Below, in pieces: positions 48,485-57,187 of a DNA stretch of 64,000 nucleotides (its first letter is position 1; the number at the start of each line of letters is the position of its first letter). Location: IMG/VR virus record IMGVR_UViG_3300044645_000935, one strand, 5' to 3'. A program made the position numbers and the translations under genes. The notes beneath the pieces are model-generated. The model had not been told where the DNA came from and ran no database searches. It saw only the letters and a list, made by a program, of their open reading frames with translations. This DNA is from an uncultured virus (IMG/VR IMGVR_UViG_3300044645_000935) (lineage: Duplodnaviria > Heunggongvirae > Uroviricota > Caudoviricetes > Crassvirales).

Positions 48485-48560
48485 TAGTCAGGGCAGGACT
48501 CGAACCTGATAAGCAACCTCAAAGGATTTGGCTACCTTGCCGCATTACGCCCACCTGACT
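48485..48560 (-). ncRNA. tRNA-like RNA with non-canonical D and anticodon arms
   Basis: Acceptor AGUCAGG/CCUGACU, T-arm CAGG-UUCGAGU-CCUG; 11-nt central loop; no CCA. Confidence 0.65.
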
Positions 48561-48567
48561 AGTACTC

Positions 48568-49338
48568 TTAAATTAGGAACTCATCAATGAAGTAATTATC
48601 AATGTTGTCCGTAGGCTTGCTCCCGAAGTACTTAGAGAAGACTTCTATGGCTCGGGCTACCTTACGCTCACCTGACTCGATAAACTCGGGAGATGGCTTA
48701 AAAATACCTAGAACTCCTGTTGTCTTGTCAATGGCATAGAACACCAAAGGCTTACCAAATAATTGCTGATAAATATAACACTGCGAATCGTAGTTGTATG
48801 CCTTCGCTGAGTATTTAAATTTCTGAATGTCGCCTGTGGTCTTCAAGTCAATCAAGAAATCCTTACCAACGATGTCAGCCTTACCCTTCCACATCATCCC
48901 TTGAATCTGTCCCACAGCGGGAACCTCAAACTGATTACCCTCTCTGTAAATCTCATCGTAAAATGTGATATTGCTTTTCATAATACTAACCAACTCCCTC
49001 ACCTCATCCTGCTCTTTCTTTAGCATACAGAACGGAAGGTTATTTGTCTCGCAGTAGTTCTTGTACTCCTTGGTATTCCTAGTGCTCACATCAACGAAAG
49101 GTGTAGCCTCTGCCTTCTCAGGCTCAAGCAACAACTGATGGAAGAATCGCCCATCCATGAAAGCCTTGCTATCCTCTCTTGACTTACCGAATTCCTTCGG
49201 GTTTGTAAGCAAGGTCCCAATGTCTGAGTTTGATAGGTAGTTCTTGCCTACCCCACCATAGTACTCTTTGTCATCATTAAGGAGAGCCAAGATATTTGGC
49301 TCCCCTGTTAGGTCAATTGTCTCTAGCAATGTCTTCAT
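48568..49338 (-). CDS. RecE-like PD-(D/E)XK exonuclease (DUF3799-like)
   Basis: LSNSDI, WKGKAD, IDLKTT, YDSQCYIY. Confidence 0.8.
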   Translation of the reverse strand: MKTLLETIDLTGEPNILALLNDDKEYYGGVGKNYLSNSDIGTLLTNPKEFGKSREDSKAFMDGRFFHQLLLEPEKAEATPFVDVSTRNTKEYKNYCETNNLPFCMLKKEQDEVRELVSIMKSNITFYDEIYREGNQFEVPAVGQIQGMMWKGKADIVGKDFLIDLKTTGDIQKFKYSAKAYNYDSQCYIYQQLFGKPLVFYAIDKTTGVLGIFKPSPEFIESGERKVARAIEVFSKYFGSKPTDNIDNYFIDEFLI

Positions 49339-49970
49339 TACTTCAACAAGTCTACAACTGCCTGCTTAACTTCATTGGTCATGCTGTACTTTCTGTTTAA
49401 CTGCTGACCAATCTTTCCAATGCCCAACTCTTTGTTGGCATTCACATACTTCACTACGCTCTTCCAATTGTCTGAGCCAATAACCAACTCAATCAACTCT
49501 GCGCTAGGCTTAGCCTTGGCAGGAGCAGGAGCAGGTGCTGATGTCTCAACCTCAGGCAAGTCCTCTCCTGCAAATATGTAGATGCCCAATCCAAACATGG
49601 CTAGGTTCTTAACCAAGCATCGCATGATGGTCTTGTTGATGTCGAATGTAGTTGCCGCTTCAACACTCTTTACCCCATACTTGGTGGTGTACTCATAAGA
49701 ATGTTTCTTCATGGACTTATTCTTGCCGTCCATCACAGGCAACCACATCTCTAGGGTCTGCCCTTCAATGGTTACTTGAGTGTGGCACATGAATCCTAGA
49801 GCCTCATCGTAATCTGTAGGCAGGATTTGATAGGATGCATCGGGACATTCTTTCTTTACAACGGACCAAGCCCATGCCCATGATAGGTAGGTAAGTCCGT
49901 CTTTCTTTTCAACGTACTCATTTACATTGATGGCTGATAGCCTTTCGAAAACTGATTTGTTTTGTGTCAT
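49338..49970 (-). CDS. Sak/Rad52-like single-strand annealing protein (DUF1071-like)
   Basis: LTYLSWAWAW, MWLPVMD, MRCLVKNLAMFGLGIYIFAGEDLP. Confidence 0.85.
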   Translation of the reverse strand: MTQNKSVFERLSAINVNEYVEKKDGLTYLSWAWAWSVVKKECPDASYQILPTDYDEALGFMCHTQVTIEGQTLEMWLPVMDGKNKSMKKHSYEYTTKYGVKSVEAATTFDINKTIMRCLVKNLAMFGLGIYIFAGEDLPEVETSAPAPAPAKAKPSAELIELVIGSDNWKSVVKYVNANKELGIGKIGQQLNRKYSMTNEVKQAVVDLLK

Positions 49971-49983
49971 TTGATTTGATTGA

Positions 49984-50244
49984 TTAAAGTAATTCTAAGA
50001 TGTATTCGGTAATGTAGTATTTCATGTCATCGTCAAGAAGGATGTCTTCGTATTCTCCCTCCTCATTTGTTTTAAGAAACGCTGTAGTGTGAATCAATTT
50101 CACCTTTGTTTCTCCCCAAGGTGGGCTGTCGTAGTCTCCGTCCTCATCAAAGGATTCAACTCTGTAGTCGCCTTCCCAAATGTAATCTGAGTCCCCGTAA
50201 CTGAACTCAATTGATTGGTCGTAAAACTCTTCTGATGTGTACAT
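49984..50244 (-). CDS. Acidic hypothetical protein
   Basis: ORF; GDYDSPP motif. Confidence 0.7.
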   Translation of the reverse strand: MYTSEEFYDQSIEFSYGDSDYIWEGDYRVESFDEDGDYDSPPWGETKVKLIHTTAFLKTNEEGEYEDILLDDDMKYYITEYILELL

Positions 50245-50255
50245 ACTAGATTGGA

Positions 50256-50558
50256 TTAAATAAATACTGCACGCTCTACTTCCTTGACTACTGATACGTA
50301 GTCCTTATCCTCTGCGATTCGTTTCTCGACCGCAGATATCCCATGAATAATTGAAGGATGCGAAATGCTGTACCCTGCATCATTCATGTACCGCTCGATG
50401 TAAGTAATTTGCATCGGTCTCTTGGCACATAGGTAGTAGACCAATTGTCTAGCGTCTACTATGGCCCGCTTCTTTGTCTTGGAGAAGAAGTCCTCCTTGG
50501 TAATACCGAACAGGTCCACGACCCGCTCTACGTACTGATTAAACACTTCATGTTTCAT
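50256..50558 (-). CDS. DnaA C-terminal-domain-like HTH protein
   Basis: SKTKKRAIVDARQLVYYL...SHPSIIHGI. Confidence 0.75.
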   Translation of the reverse strand: MKHEVFNQYVERVVDLFGITKEDFFSKTKKRAIVDARQLVYYLCAKRPMQITYIERYMNDAGYSISHPSIIHGISAVEKRIAEDKDYVSVVKEVERAVFI

Positions 50559-50583
50559 GGATGTAAATATATTAAATTGTTAA

Positions 50584-50829
50584 TTACTTGTATATTTTTT
50601 GCTCGACTTTTTTTAAATAAAGTTCCATCTCAACAAGTTCTAGGTGCTTGCTTCGGTTGGTGTTGCATTCGTAGAATGTCCCATCGAAAAGAACTTGGAT
50701 GTAGTTTCCGTCATTGTAAAGCAATACATCATCACAAGCACCTTTTAATTCTGCGTTTGGATGTAGTTTCTTGAATTCATTTCTAGTGTAGGACTTTTTT
50801 GAGTCCAACCAATCTTTAAGTTTTCCCAT
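50584..50829 (-). CDS. Hypothetical protein
   Basis: ORF track. Confidence 0.65.
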   Translation of the reverse strand: MGKLKDWLDSKKSYTRNEFKKLHPNAELKGACDDVLLYNDGNYIQVLFDGTFYECNTNRSKHLELVEMELYLKKVEQKIYK

Positions 50830-50841
50830 AATTTAATTAGA

Positions 50842-51156
50842 TTATTTCTCGTTCAATTCTGATTTCAATTTTTGGATGTACAACGTAGCGTCCATCAGTT
50901 CCTCCTGTAGATGATTAAGCCACTCAATTAGAGTGGCCTTATTATCCTCAAGCGTGGTCCCATACTTTAGAATCCCAACCCTAGACCTAGTGTCAAACTT
51001 GTTGACCACTTGCTCTACAATTGGGTCATGGTATTCTCTTATGGTCTTGGCTTCATTTAGATACACGTCCAAGTCCTTCTCAGATAGTTTGAATCCATCC
51101 TCCAAGTGATGTCTTATCCTGCTTGCAAACCAATCAATTTGCGTTAGCCTACCCAT
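50842..51156 (-). CDS. MazG-like / dNTP pyrophosphohydrolase-like helical protein
   Basis: GILKYGTTL..WLNHLQEELMDATLY. Confidence 0.6.
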   Translation of the reverse strand: MGRLTQIDWFASRIRHHLEDGFKLSEKDLDVYLNEAKTIREYHDPIVEQVVNKFDTRSRVGILKYGTTLEDNKATLIEWLNHLQEELMDATLYIQKLKSELNEK

Positions 51157-51535
51157 AGACTACCTCCCCCAACGCTAGGTATTGAAACACGACATCTGCC
51201 GACTCTGAATCCCCGTTCTCCTCCATGTGAGCAATTAGGTAGTGACGCTCATCGCTAGTCGCTAACTTGCTTAGCCTGTCTGCCATTGTCTCTAGGCTTA
51301 TTAAACCAATCTGCTCCTCGATATCCTCTGCGTCATGGATAGGGACCTCAACTCCTTTCATTACAGCCTTAAATGTGGCTACAGATAGGCAAGACTCCTC
51401 TTCTCTAGGGACAGCATTTCTTATCAATCCTACGGCATTTCTGCTTAGGTGGTACCAATAGTTGCTGCCGCCCTCGATGGCTGTTACGAATACGTCCTCT
51501 AGGACTGACTCGTCAATTTCAATTTGAATTTTCAT
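51149..51535 (-). CDS. Conserved hypothetical phage protein (TAIEGGSNYW type)
   Basis: Recognised motif; ends GEVVYG. Confidence 0.75.
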   Translation of the reverse strand: MKIQIEIDESVLEDVFVTAIEGGSNYWYHLSRNAVGLIRNAVPREEESCLSVATFKAVMKGVEVPIHDAEDIEEQIGLISLETMADRLSKLATSDERHYLIAHMEENGDSESADVVFQYLALGEVVYG

Positions 51536-51542
51536 ATTGATA

Positions 51543-51887
51543 TTATTTTTGTTCTACTTTAAGACTTAATCCATGTTCATCAAGAAAAGTTATCACTTCA
51601 AGCAATCCCTTTTTACCAAAATTTCTTATTTTAATTAGGTCCCTTTCTGAGCGTTGAATTAAGTCCTCTAGTGTTCGTATATCATTGGCTTTAAAACAAT
51701 TGTACGTTCTAACAGAGAAATCTAATTTATAGATAGGGGTTTTAAGGAAGTCGTTTATTTCAAAAAACTTCTTTCTTTTTTCTTGATTACCATGGAATAG
51801 CATTATATCTATTACTTTTTCTGCTATTTTTTCAACTAATGTATCTACATCAACAGATGTAAATACTAAATTTTCAGTTCTGTTCAT
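51543..51887 (-). CDS. RNA polymerase alpha C-terminal domain homolog
   Basis: LDFSVRTYNCFKANDI..LIKIRNFGKKGLLEV matches alpha-CTD. Confidence 0.85.
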   Translation of the reverse strand: MNRTENLVFTSVDVDTLVEKIAEKVIDIMLFHGNQEKRKKFFEINDFLKTPIYKLDFSVRTYNCFKANDIRTLEDLIQRSERDLIKIRNFGKKGLLEVITFLDEHGLSLKVEQK

Positions 51888-52164
51888 TCTCTACTTGCTT
51901 TTTGATTTTTTGAATTAATTTGATTACTAAGTCCTGCTCTTTTGAAGTTATGTTGTCAGCATAGTACAACGCATCAGATACTGATTCTAGGGTGTGCTCG
52001 AGGTCCATGTTATCGGGCACCTCGATTGTGATTGTTACTTTCATTTGAATTTTTTGTAGATGATGTAAAATAAAAGACCTATGTGAAGGCCGATGTAAAT
52101 GGTAATGGCCAAGGGGACCGACACAAAAAAGAATTTTGCTAGGTCCCCCAAGATTGCCATGAAC

Positions 52165-52386
52165 CTATTCATCTTGCCCCCTATTTACCATAAACTCACT
52201 CTCGATATCAAAATTATCTAGGTCATGCTCGCTGACCATACCTCTGATTAAATACACGTCAGAGTTACCCGTAGTCCTAGCGTAAAACTCATTAGTTTTA
52301 AGTAGTTCATTCCACTCGTTTGCTAACTCTGTCGCATCCTGCGGTGTCCCCACAAAGAATGTAGATACTTCGATGTTCTTTTCCAT
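52165..52386 (-). CDS. Hypothetical protein
   Basis: Coupled ORF. Confidence 0.65.
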   Translation of the reverse strand: MEKNIEVSTFFVGTPQDATELANEWNELLKTNEFYARTTGNSDVYLIRGMVSEHDLDNFDIESEFMVNRGQDE

Positions 52387-52829
52387 TAGATTACAATTTT
52401 TTTAGGTTGTACTTCAATTATAATATTCTCTTGATACACGTACTCAAGTTCATCCACTAGTCTAGCGTTGTCATACTCCTCATCAAACTCACGCTCTCGC
52501 ATGACAATGGGTGTAATCACCTCAACTATTTGACTCTCGGTCAAGTCTGTCGCAATCACGAAGTTCTCTTCATTAAATGCTGTGGTGCTGATTTCAAATG
52601 AATTGAATCTTCTAGGGTCATTTAGCGACACGTAGCCAACCTCTATTCCTATCTCAAGGCCATGCTTCTCTACTATCTCAAGTGCGGTGTCAATCCCGTA
52701 CCCGTAAACCGAAGCCTCAGAGCCGTCATCGTATATGATAAACAACTCAAACAGGTCAGAAGCCCATATCTCTCTTGCTTTGTGGGTTACAATTAACCAC
52801 ACGAATCCGTCAATAATTCTAATGTCCAT
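52386..52829 (-). CDS. Hypothetical acidic protein
   Basis: Coupled ORF. Confidence 0.7.
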   Translation of the reverse strand: MDIRIIDGFVWLIVTHKAREIWASDLFELFIIYDDGSEASVYGYGIDTALEIVEKHGLEIGIEVGYVSLNDPRRFNSFEISTTAFNEENFVIATDLTESQIVEVITPIVMREREFDEEYDNARLVDELEYVYQENIIIEVQPKKIVI

Positions 52830-52831
52830 GT

Positions 52832-53197
52832 CTAGAAGGATTTTTTAACTTTTAACAATCTGTGAGCAAATAGGCCATGATTACCGCATCCAATATAATT
52901 TGACTCTTGGTCAATAAGCGCGGTAACTTTTAAGACATCGCCTCTTTTTGGTGGGTTCTCTACGAGTTCTGTGTCGTCTAGAACCACGACAATGTCTCCA
53001 ACGCAAAGCGGGTTTCCATCGAAGTCATGGAATTGCAGGTCGATTAACAGGTCGCTGATTTCATCAATGTCGTGGTCATCTGCCCACCTGTTAAGGATTA
53101 CTTCTAGTATGTCCCTGTCGGATAAAGTACTAGATACTCTGTTGAAGTGTGTAACTACCCCGAAGTCGTGGCCATTACGTGTGTCTAATTGAATCAT
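52832..53197 (-). CDS. Hypothetical protein
   Basis: ORF with AAAACACC leader. Confidence 0.7.
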   Translation of the reverse strand: MIQLDTRNGHDFGVVTHFNRVSSTLSDRDILEVILNRWADDHDIDEISDLLIDLQFHDFDGNPLCVGDIVVVLDDTELVENPPKRGDVLKVTALIDQESNYIGCGNHGLFAHRLLKVKKSF

Positions 53198-53231
53198 TGG
53201 TGTTTTGGTTAGGATTTAAACTAATTGTATT

Positions 53232-53262
53232 CGAAAGTAATTCGAGAAATATACTTATCAAA
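53232..53262 (-). promoter_or_regulatory. Bacteroidota sigma-A-type promoter
   Basis: TTTG-N19-TACTTTCG. Confidence 0.65.
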
Positions 53263-53428
53263 ATAAATTGAATTATTTTTTTACTCTAGCAAGTAATTCG
53301 CTACGTTTTATTGGATGGACGTACTTTGCGCACGCCCTGTCAATTGCCTCGAATGTGGAGGATGCTATGCCCTCCCAAATCAATTCCTTGCTTATCCACA
53401 CGGAGTAATAATTTTTCTTTTCCACGGC

Positions 53429-53713
53429 CTATTTTGTTTTAGTTAGATTAAATGGTACCCCATCCAAGCCCAACTCAAAGGTATATCCCTTGGATTCTAG
53501 AATCTGTAGGTACTTGGCGCCCGTCTCGTAGTCGTATCCTTCACGCTCAAATTGGCTCAGCACATTTTGAATGCACAGCGGGAGCGTTTCGATTGTTTCG
53601 AATAGGTCCACATCTTTACAATTACCGCAAAGGTCCCCTTCAAACCACATATCATGGCGTCCCTGTGGGTGCCCACATTCTGAGCAGGTCCACACATCAT
53701 TTGGCTTAGTCAT
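53429..53713 (-). CDS. Hypothetical protein with CxxC..CxxC
   Basis: Start MTKPND. Confidence 0.65.
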   Translation of the reverse strand: MTKPNDVWTCSECGHPQGRHDMWFEGDLCGNCKDVDLFETIETLPLCIQNVLSQFEREGYDYETGAKYLQILESKGYTFELGLDGVPFNLTKTK

Positions 53714-53909
53714 TTGGTCTCTTGGTGAATAGTAAAACAAAAGCCATCACAGACAGAAAACTAAGCAGGAACCCAACGAATACTAGGTCCACAACCGCAC
53801 TAAAAGTGAACTCGGGAGTGTCCATGAGTAACTTGGTATACAATTTAATCGATGCACCTATAGTGAACAGGTAGCAAAGGGTAAGCAAAACTTTTTCAAC
53901 TTTTTTCAT
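53706..53909 (-). CDS. Small two-TM membrane protein (start MKKVEK)
   Basis: Two hydrophobic helices; ATG downstream of hammerhead. Confidence 0.65.
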   Translation of the reverse strand: MKKVEKVLLTLCYLFTIGASIKLYTKLLMDTPEFTFSAVVDLVFVGFLLSFLSVMAFVLLFTKRPND

Positions 53910-53936
53910 GGTATTAAAATTTGCAGATTTATAATG

Positions 53937-53985
53937 CCGTTTCATCCTTTTGGAATCTTCAGTCGGGACACCCATCCCGATACGG
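53937..53985 (-). ncRNA. Type III hammerhead ribozyme
   Basis: CCG-UA^-UCGGGA-UGGGUG-UCCCGA-CUGAAGA-UUCC-AAAA-GGAU-GAAA-CGG. Confidence 0.8.
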
Positions 53986-54010
53986 GGGAGCCCATGCAGG
54001 GCCCCCGACC

Positions 54011-54211
54011 TTAGCCTTTCTTTAGATTTAAGTTAGTTGGATAATAGCGCACGCCAATGGCGTCCGTCTCGGAATTGATGTTGAATTTCTCATGCAGGGC
54101 CTCAAGTTCCTGCAGGTATTGAGCGCCTTGCTCAGCATCCAATCGGGTTAGGCGGTCGATTACTTCTTGAATCAAAACACGTCTCTTTTCATAATTAACT
54201 TGGTAAAACAT
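54011..54211 (-). CDS. Hypothetical early protein
   Basis: ORF track. Confidence 0.65.
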   Translation of the reverse strand: MFYQVNYEKRRVLIQEVIDRLTRLDAEQGAQYLQELEALHEKFNINSETDAIGVRYYPTNLNLKKG

Positions 54212-54229
54212 AGTAGTAAGGGGTTTTGG

Positions 54230-54436
54230 TTATTTGTTTATTTTTAAGTCCTCATTATACAACCAATCGCCTGTCTTTAGGCCATTGGCAATCTCTTCGG
54301 CATACATATACTCGTAGGTAACCTTGCCGACCTTTACGTGGTATGTCTTACGACCTTCCACCTCACCTGCATTCTGAATCACAACCTTTTTTTGGTCGCA
54401 TCCAAATAGACATAAGAAAATTAGTAGTGCTTTCAT
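54230..54436 (-). CDS. Small putative lipoprotein
   Basis: MKALLIFLCLFGC short lipobox-like leader. Confidence 0.55.
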   Translation of the reverse strand: MKALLIFLCLFGCDQKKVVIQNAGEVEGRKTYHVKVGKVTYEYMYAEEIANGLKTGDWLYNEDLKINK

Positions 54437-54439
54437 GGC

Positions 54440-54649
54440 TCAGATATTATTTTGGTAGCAAAAGTTGTCAAAGTAGGCGTTCTCTTGAGCCTCCACATAG
54501 GCCAATTCAAGGGGCCTGTCGGCAATCCTGTAGTACTTTGAATCCTTGCAGTACGCCTTACCTTCAAAGTAAAATCGGTCGCCTTTGTTGATTGTTTGGC
54601 CCGTCTCAGCGCACTTGCTTTTGAATCGAGCAGTTAGGAATCGTCCCAT
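54440..54649 (-). CDS. Small conserved phage protein (TARFKSKCAETG type)
   Basis: Recognised motif. Confidence 0.7.
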   Translation of the reverse strand: MGRFLTARFKSKCAETGQTINKGDRFYFEGKAYCKDSKYYRIADRPLELAYVEAQENAYFDNFCYQNNI

Positions 54650-54671
54650 AGTTTTAGTTGTTTTAATATAT

Positions 54672-54968
54672 TTATATAGTTATATACTTTTTATAATCTA
54701 GTACTTCGTTATCGTCCATGTACCAAATCTTTTCACACTCGTTGAATGTCTTGAAATAGTAAACATCTTCCAATCTTGCACACATAAATATTGGCCGCTC
54801 AATTCCTTGATACATCATGTATGTTAATTCAATGCCATCCATGACTATCCAACATTGATTTTCCGATTCAGCCGTGTACTCAATTTTTCTTCCATTACAT
54901 TGCTGATAATAGATTTCAAACAATATCCGCATTTTTTGTTCGCTTGACATTTTATTAAAATTTTGCAT
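54672..54968 (-). CDS. Hypothetical early protein
   Basis: ORF track. Confidence 0.65.
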   Translation of the reverse strand: MQNFNKMSSEQKMRILFEIYYQQCNGRKIEYTAESENQCWIVMDGIELTYMMYQGIERPIFMCARLEDVYYFKTFNECEKIWYMDDNEVLDYKKYITI

Positions 54969-54976
54969 AGTTTTAG

Positions 54977-55246
54977 TTATTTTAAATAGCCTTCAATTTG
55001 TTTTAATACATTCCATGCCCCGCCATAACTTCGGTCTTTTTTGCCCGTATCTTGGCTGTATTTATGGTTGAAAAATACCTCAGCATTTTCATCTTGCCCA
55101 TAGACCATAAAGTTGTAATACACATGGGAATTTTTGCGATTCAACTTGAATCCAAATATTCTAAAGCCGTTATTTAAATCGGCCCAATGTATTCCCGTAA
55201 ATTTAGGATTACTACGTACGGATTTTTCTAATTCAAATAGTTTCAT
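54977..55246 (-). CDS. Hypothetical early protein
   Basis: Conserved leader AAACACCTAAAA. Confidence 0.7.
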   Translation of the reverse strand: MKLFELEKSVRSNPKFTGIHWADLNNGFRIFGFKLNRKNSHVYYNFMVYGQDENAEVFFNHKYSQDTGKKDRSYGGAWNVLKQIEGYLK

Positions 55247-55261
55247 GATTTTTTAGGTGTT

Positions 55262-55837
55262 TTAGTTATGGTATTTTAAAATGATTTTGCTAGAAATATT
55301 TGTCCCATTTAGGTAATTGGTACCAAAGGTTGAATCGAATTCATTAAGCAGGTCGTATACTTGGTCCTTAGTCCTGCAGGTACCAATCAAAAATGAGTTA
55401 GGGAATTTCATCTCCCAATCACTTCTTGGTGTATACTTTGTACATCTATGAGGGCCCCATAGGAAATATGGCTCGCAATTATATCCCTCATATACATCGA
55501 AGGCTTCTTGTTCCTCAGAATTAAGCAAAAGGATTACTTCAATTTCAGTTACATTTTGATTGATGCTTTTATAAAAATCAATCTTCCAAATTAGGAATTT
55601 CCATACTGCTTGATATACATCTTCTATGTAACCAAATGGGAGCACATTTTCTAACTGCTTTATGTACTCGGGAGCCAATGTAAACCATTTTTCTTCTCGC
55701 ATGATTTTAGCCACTACGGGCATAAGCCAATCCCATGATTCATGGTATTTTAATGCAGAGATTGAATCTTCTTTTGGCTTCATAAAATCAGCGATAACTA
55801 AGTTTTTTTGCTGAATACTGAATAGATTTTCGGTCAT
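55262..55837 (-). CDS. Hypothetical early protein (YHESWDWLMPVV motif)
   Basis: Recognised phage motif; conserved leader. Confidence 0.75.
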   Translation of the reverse strand: MTENLFSIQQKNLVIADFMKPKEDSISALKYHESWDWLMPVVAKIMREEKWFTLAPEYIKQLENVLPFGYIEDVYQAVWKFLIWKIDFYKSINQNVTEIEVILLLNSEEQEAFDVYEGYNCEPYFLWGPHRCTKYTPRSDWEMKFPNSFLIGTCRTKDQVYDLLNEFDSTFGTNYLNGTNISSKIILKYHN

Positions 55838-55877
55838 AATTTTAGGTGTTTAAGTTGATTAAATTGATTTAAAATTG

Positions 55878-55919
55878 CACCCTTTCGCAATCAAATGCCA
55901 CGCTCATAGGCGAAGGGTG
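55878..55919 (-). ncRNA. Three-way-junction motif, copy 1
   Basis: CACCCUU-[CGC CUAUGA GCG]-UG-[GCA UUUGAU UGC]-GA-AAGGGUG. Confidence 0.65.
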
Positions 55920-55924
55920 TATAC

Positions 55925-56152
55925 TTATTTTGCGACCTTCTCCAATTCCTCAATTAAATCCATTTTCCAATATCCGCACATATTTTCAACACCAAATATG
56001 GTCATTGCAAGGTCTTGAATCCCATAGGCTTTCCCCCTATAATGAGCCGACATTTTTTCGTCATTTTTTGAATCGAAATAATCGACCATGGTTGAATAAA
56101 CTCTAAGAGAACTTGCTAGTTCTTTTGCCAATGTTTTTTTGTTTACTTTCAT
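55925..56152 (-). CDS. Hypothetical early protein (start MKVNKK)
   Basis: ATG follows conserved leader. Confidence 0.7.
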   Translation of the reverse strand: MKVNKKTLAKELASSLRVYSTMVDYFDSKNDEKMSAHYRGKAYGIQDLAMTIFGVENMCGYWKMDLIEELEKVAK

Positions 56153-56187
56153 GATTTTTAGGTGTTTAAGTTGATAAATAAAGTTTG

Positions 56188-56231
56188 AACCAATGGAGGG
56201 ATTCGAACCCTCCTTAATTCCAAAATTGGTT
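56188..56231 (-). ncRNA. tRNA minihelix-like element (acceptor-like stem + T-arm)
   Basis: AACCAAU-11 nt-GGAGGG-UUCGAAU-CCCUCC-AUUGGUU. Confidence 0.65.
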
Positions 56232-56423
56232 TTATAAATTGACCTTGTTTGCAAGCCATAATTCATGGCCTGCAGTTATTAAGGAATCGGCCTGCCTAGT
56301 GGTAAGGCCAAGTTCTAGACCTATGCTTCGGGCTCCGTTACCAACTACATAGTTTAGATGGAAGCATTTTATTACTAGGTCTATGCCCCATTTTTTGATG
56401 GCGATTTTTGATTTGTTAGTCAT
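56232..56423 (-). CDS. Small HTH-like early protein
   Basis: ARSIGLELGLTTRQAD. Confidence 0.65.
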   Translation of the reverse strand: MTNKSKIAIKKWGIDLVIKCFHLNYVVGNGARSIGLELGLTTRQADSLITAGHELWLANKVNL

Positions 56424-56446
56424 GTTTTTTGGTGTTTAAGTTTAAA

Positions 56447-57157
56447 TTAATGCTCCAATATTTGGATATTTTTGGTGCCCTTTCTATGGCCACTGCAAAG
56501 GCCACATTTCTCGCACGTAGACTTGAAGCCCGCCTCTTTACTTGCAGGGCAAACTACAGCACCTACCAAGGGCTTGTCCGTAGCAATAAACGAACGGAAG
56601 CCTAGATTTTTTGCTTGGTTGGATTGGATTTCGCTGTGAGTCGAAGCCATGAAGTATACAGAGTAGTCGGGCTTTTTGGCCCATTGGTGAGTATATCCTG
56701 TATGGCTTTTGCTCGCTTTAACCATGTCAGATACTAGGTCCAATGGCACCAAAGTAGGCTCTCCATAGGTCCCAAATCGAATGTACTTGCCTGCAGACAT
56801 TTCAACTATTTTGCTTTCTAGCAAGTGCACAGAAGGGATTTCCTGCACGTTTTGAAACTCACGTGCAATTGATTTAAGCATAGAAACGAAGCCCGAATAC
56901 TGCTGATATTTATGGGTATAACATTTCAAGTAGGCTCTAAATGGGCAATCAAAACATACAGAGTCGGCAAGGTCAAAAAACGTTTTAGGCTCAATTTTTT
57001 TGCCGTTTTTTACCGACTCAGATACGTAGTTGAATTGAGAATCTGAGAAACTATATACCTGCAAAATTTTCTCTGTGCCATTTGAAATTTTGGCATTGGT
57101 GGTCCTGTCTAGTTTAAATACTAAAATGGCGCCATTTACTTTCGTAGTTACTCGCAT
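56447..57157 (-). CDS. Cys-rich Fe-S/radical-SAM-like (Gp88-like) protein (start MRVTTK)
   Basis: CFDCP..CY, IRFGTYGEP, TGYTHQW, CPA..CEKCGLC. Confidence 0.6.
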   Translation of the reverse strand: MRVTTKVNGAILVFKLDRTTNAKISNGTEKILQVYSFSDSQFNYVSESVKNGKKIEPKTFFDLADSVCFDCPFRAYLKCYTHKYQQYSGFVSMLKSIAREFQNVQEIPSVHLLESKIVEMSAGKYIRFGTYGEPTLVPLDLVSDMVKASKSHTGYTHQWAKKPDYSVYFMASTHSEIQSNQAKNLGFRSFIATDKPLVGAVVCPASKEAGFKSTCEKCGLCSGHRKGTKNIQILEH

Positions 57158-57187
57158 AGGTGTTTTGGTTTTGGTTAAATTAAAGTT

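Noticed and set aside
48485..48560. Canonical tRNA with assignable anticodon
   Set aside because: No 5-bp stem with 7-nt loop; kept as tRNA-like
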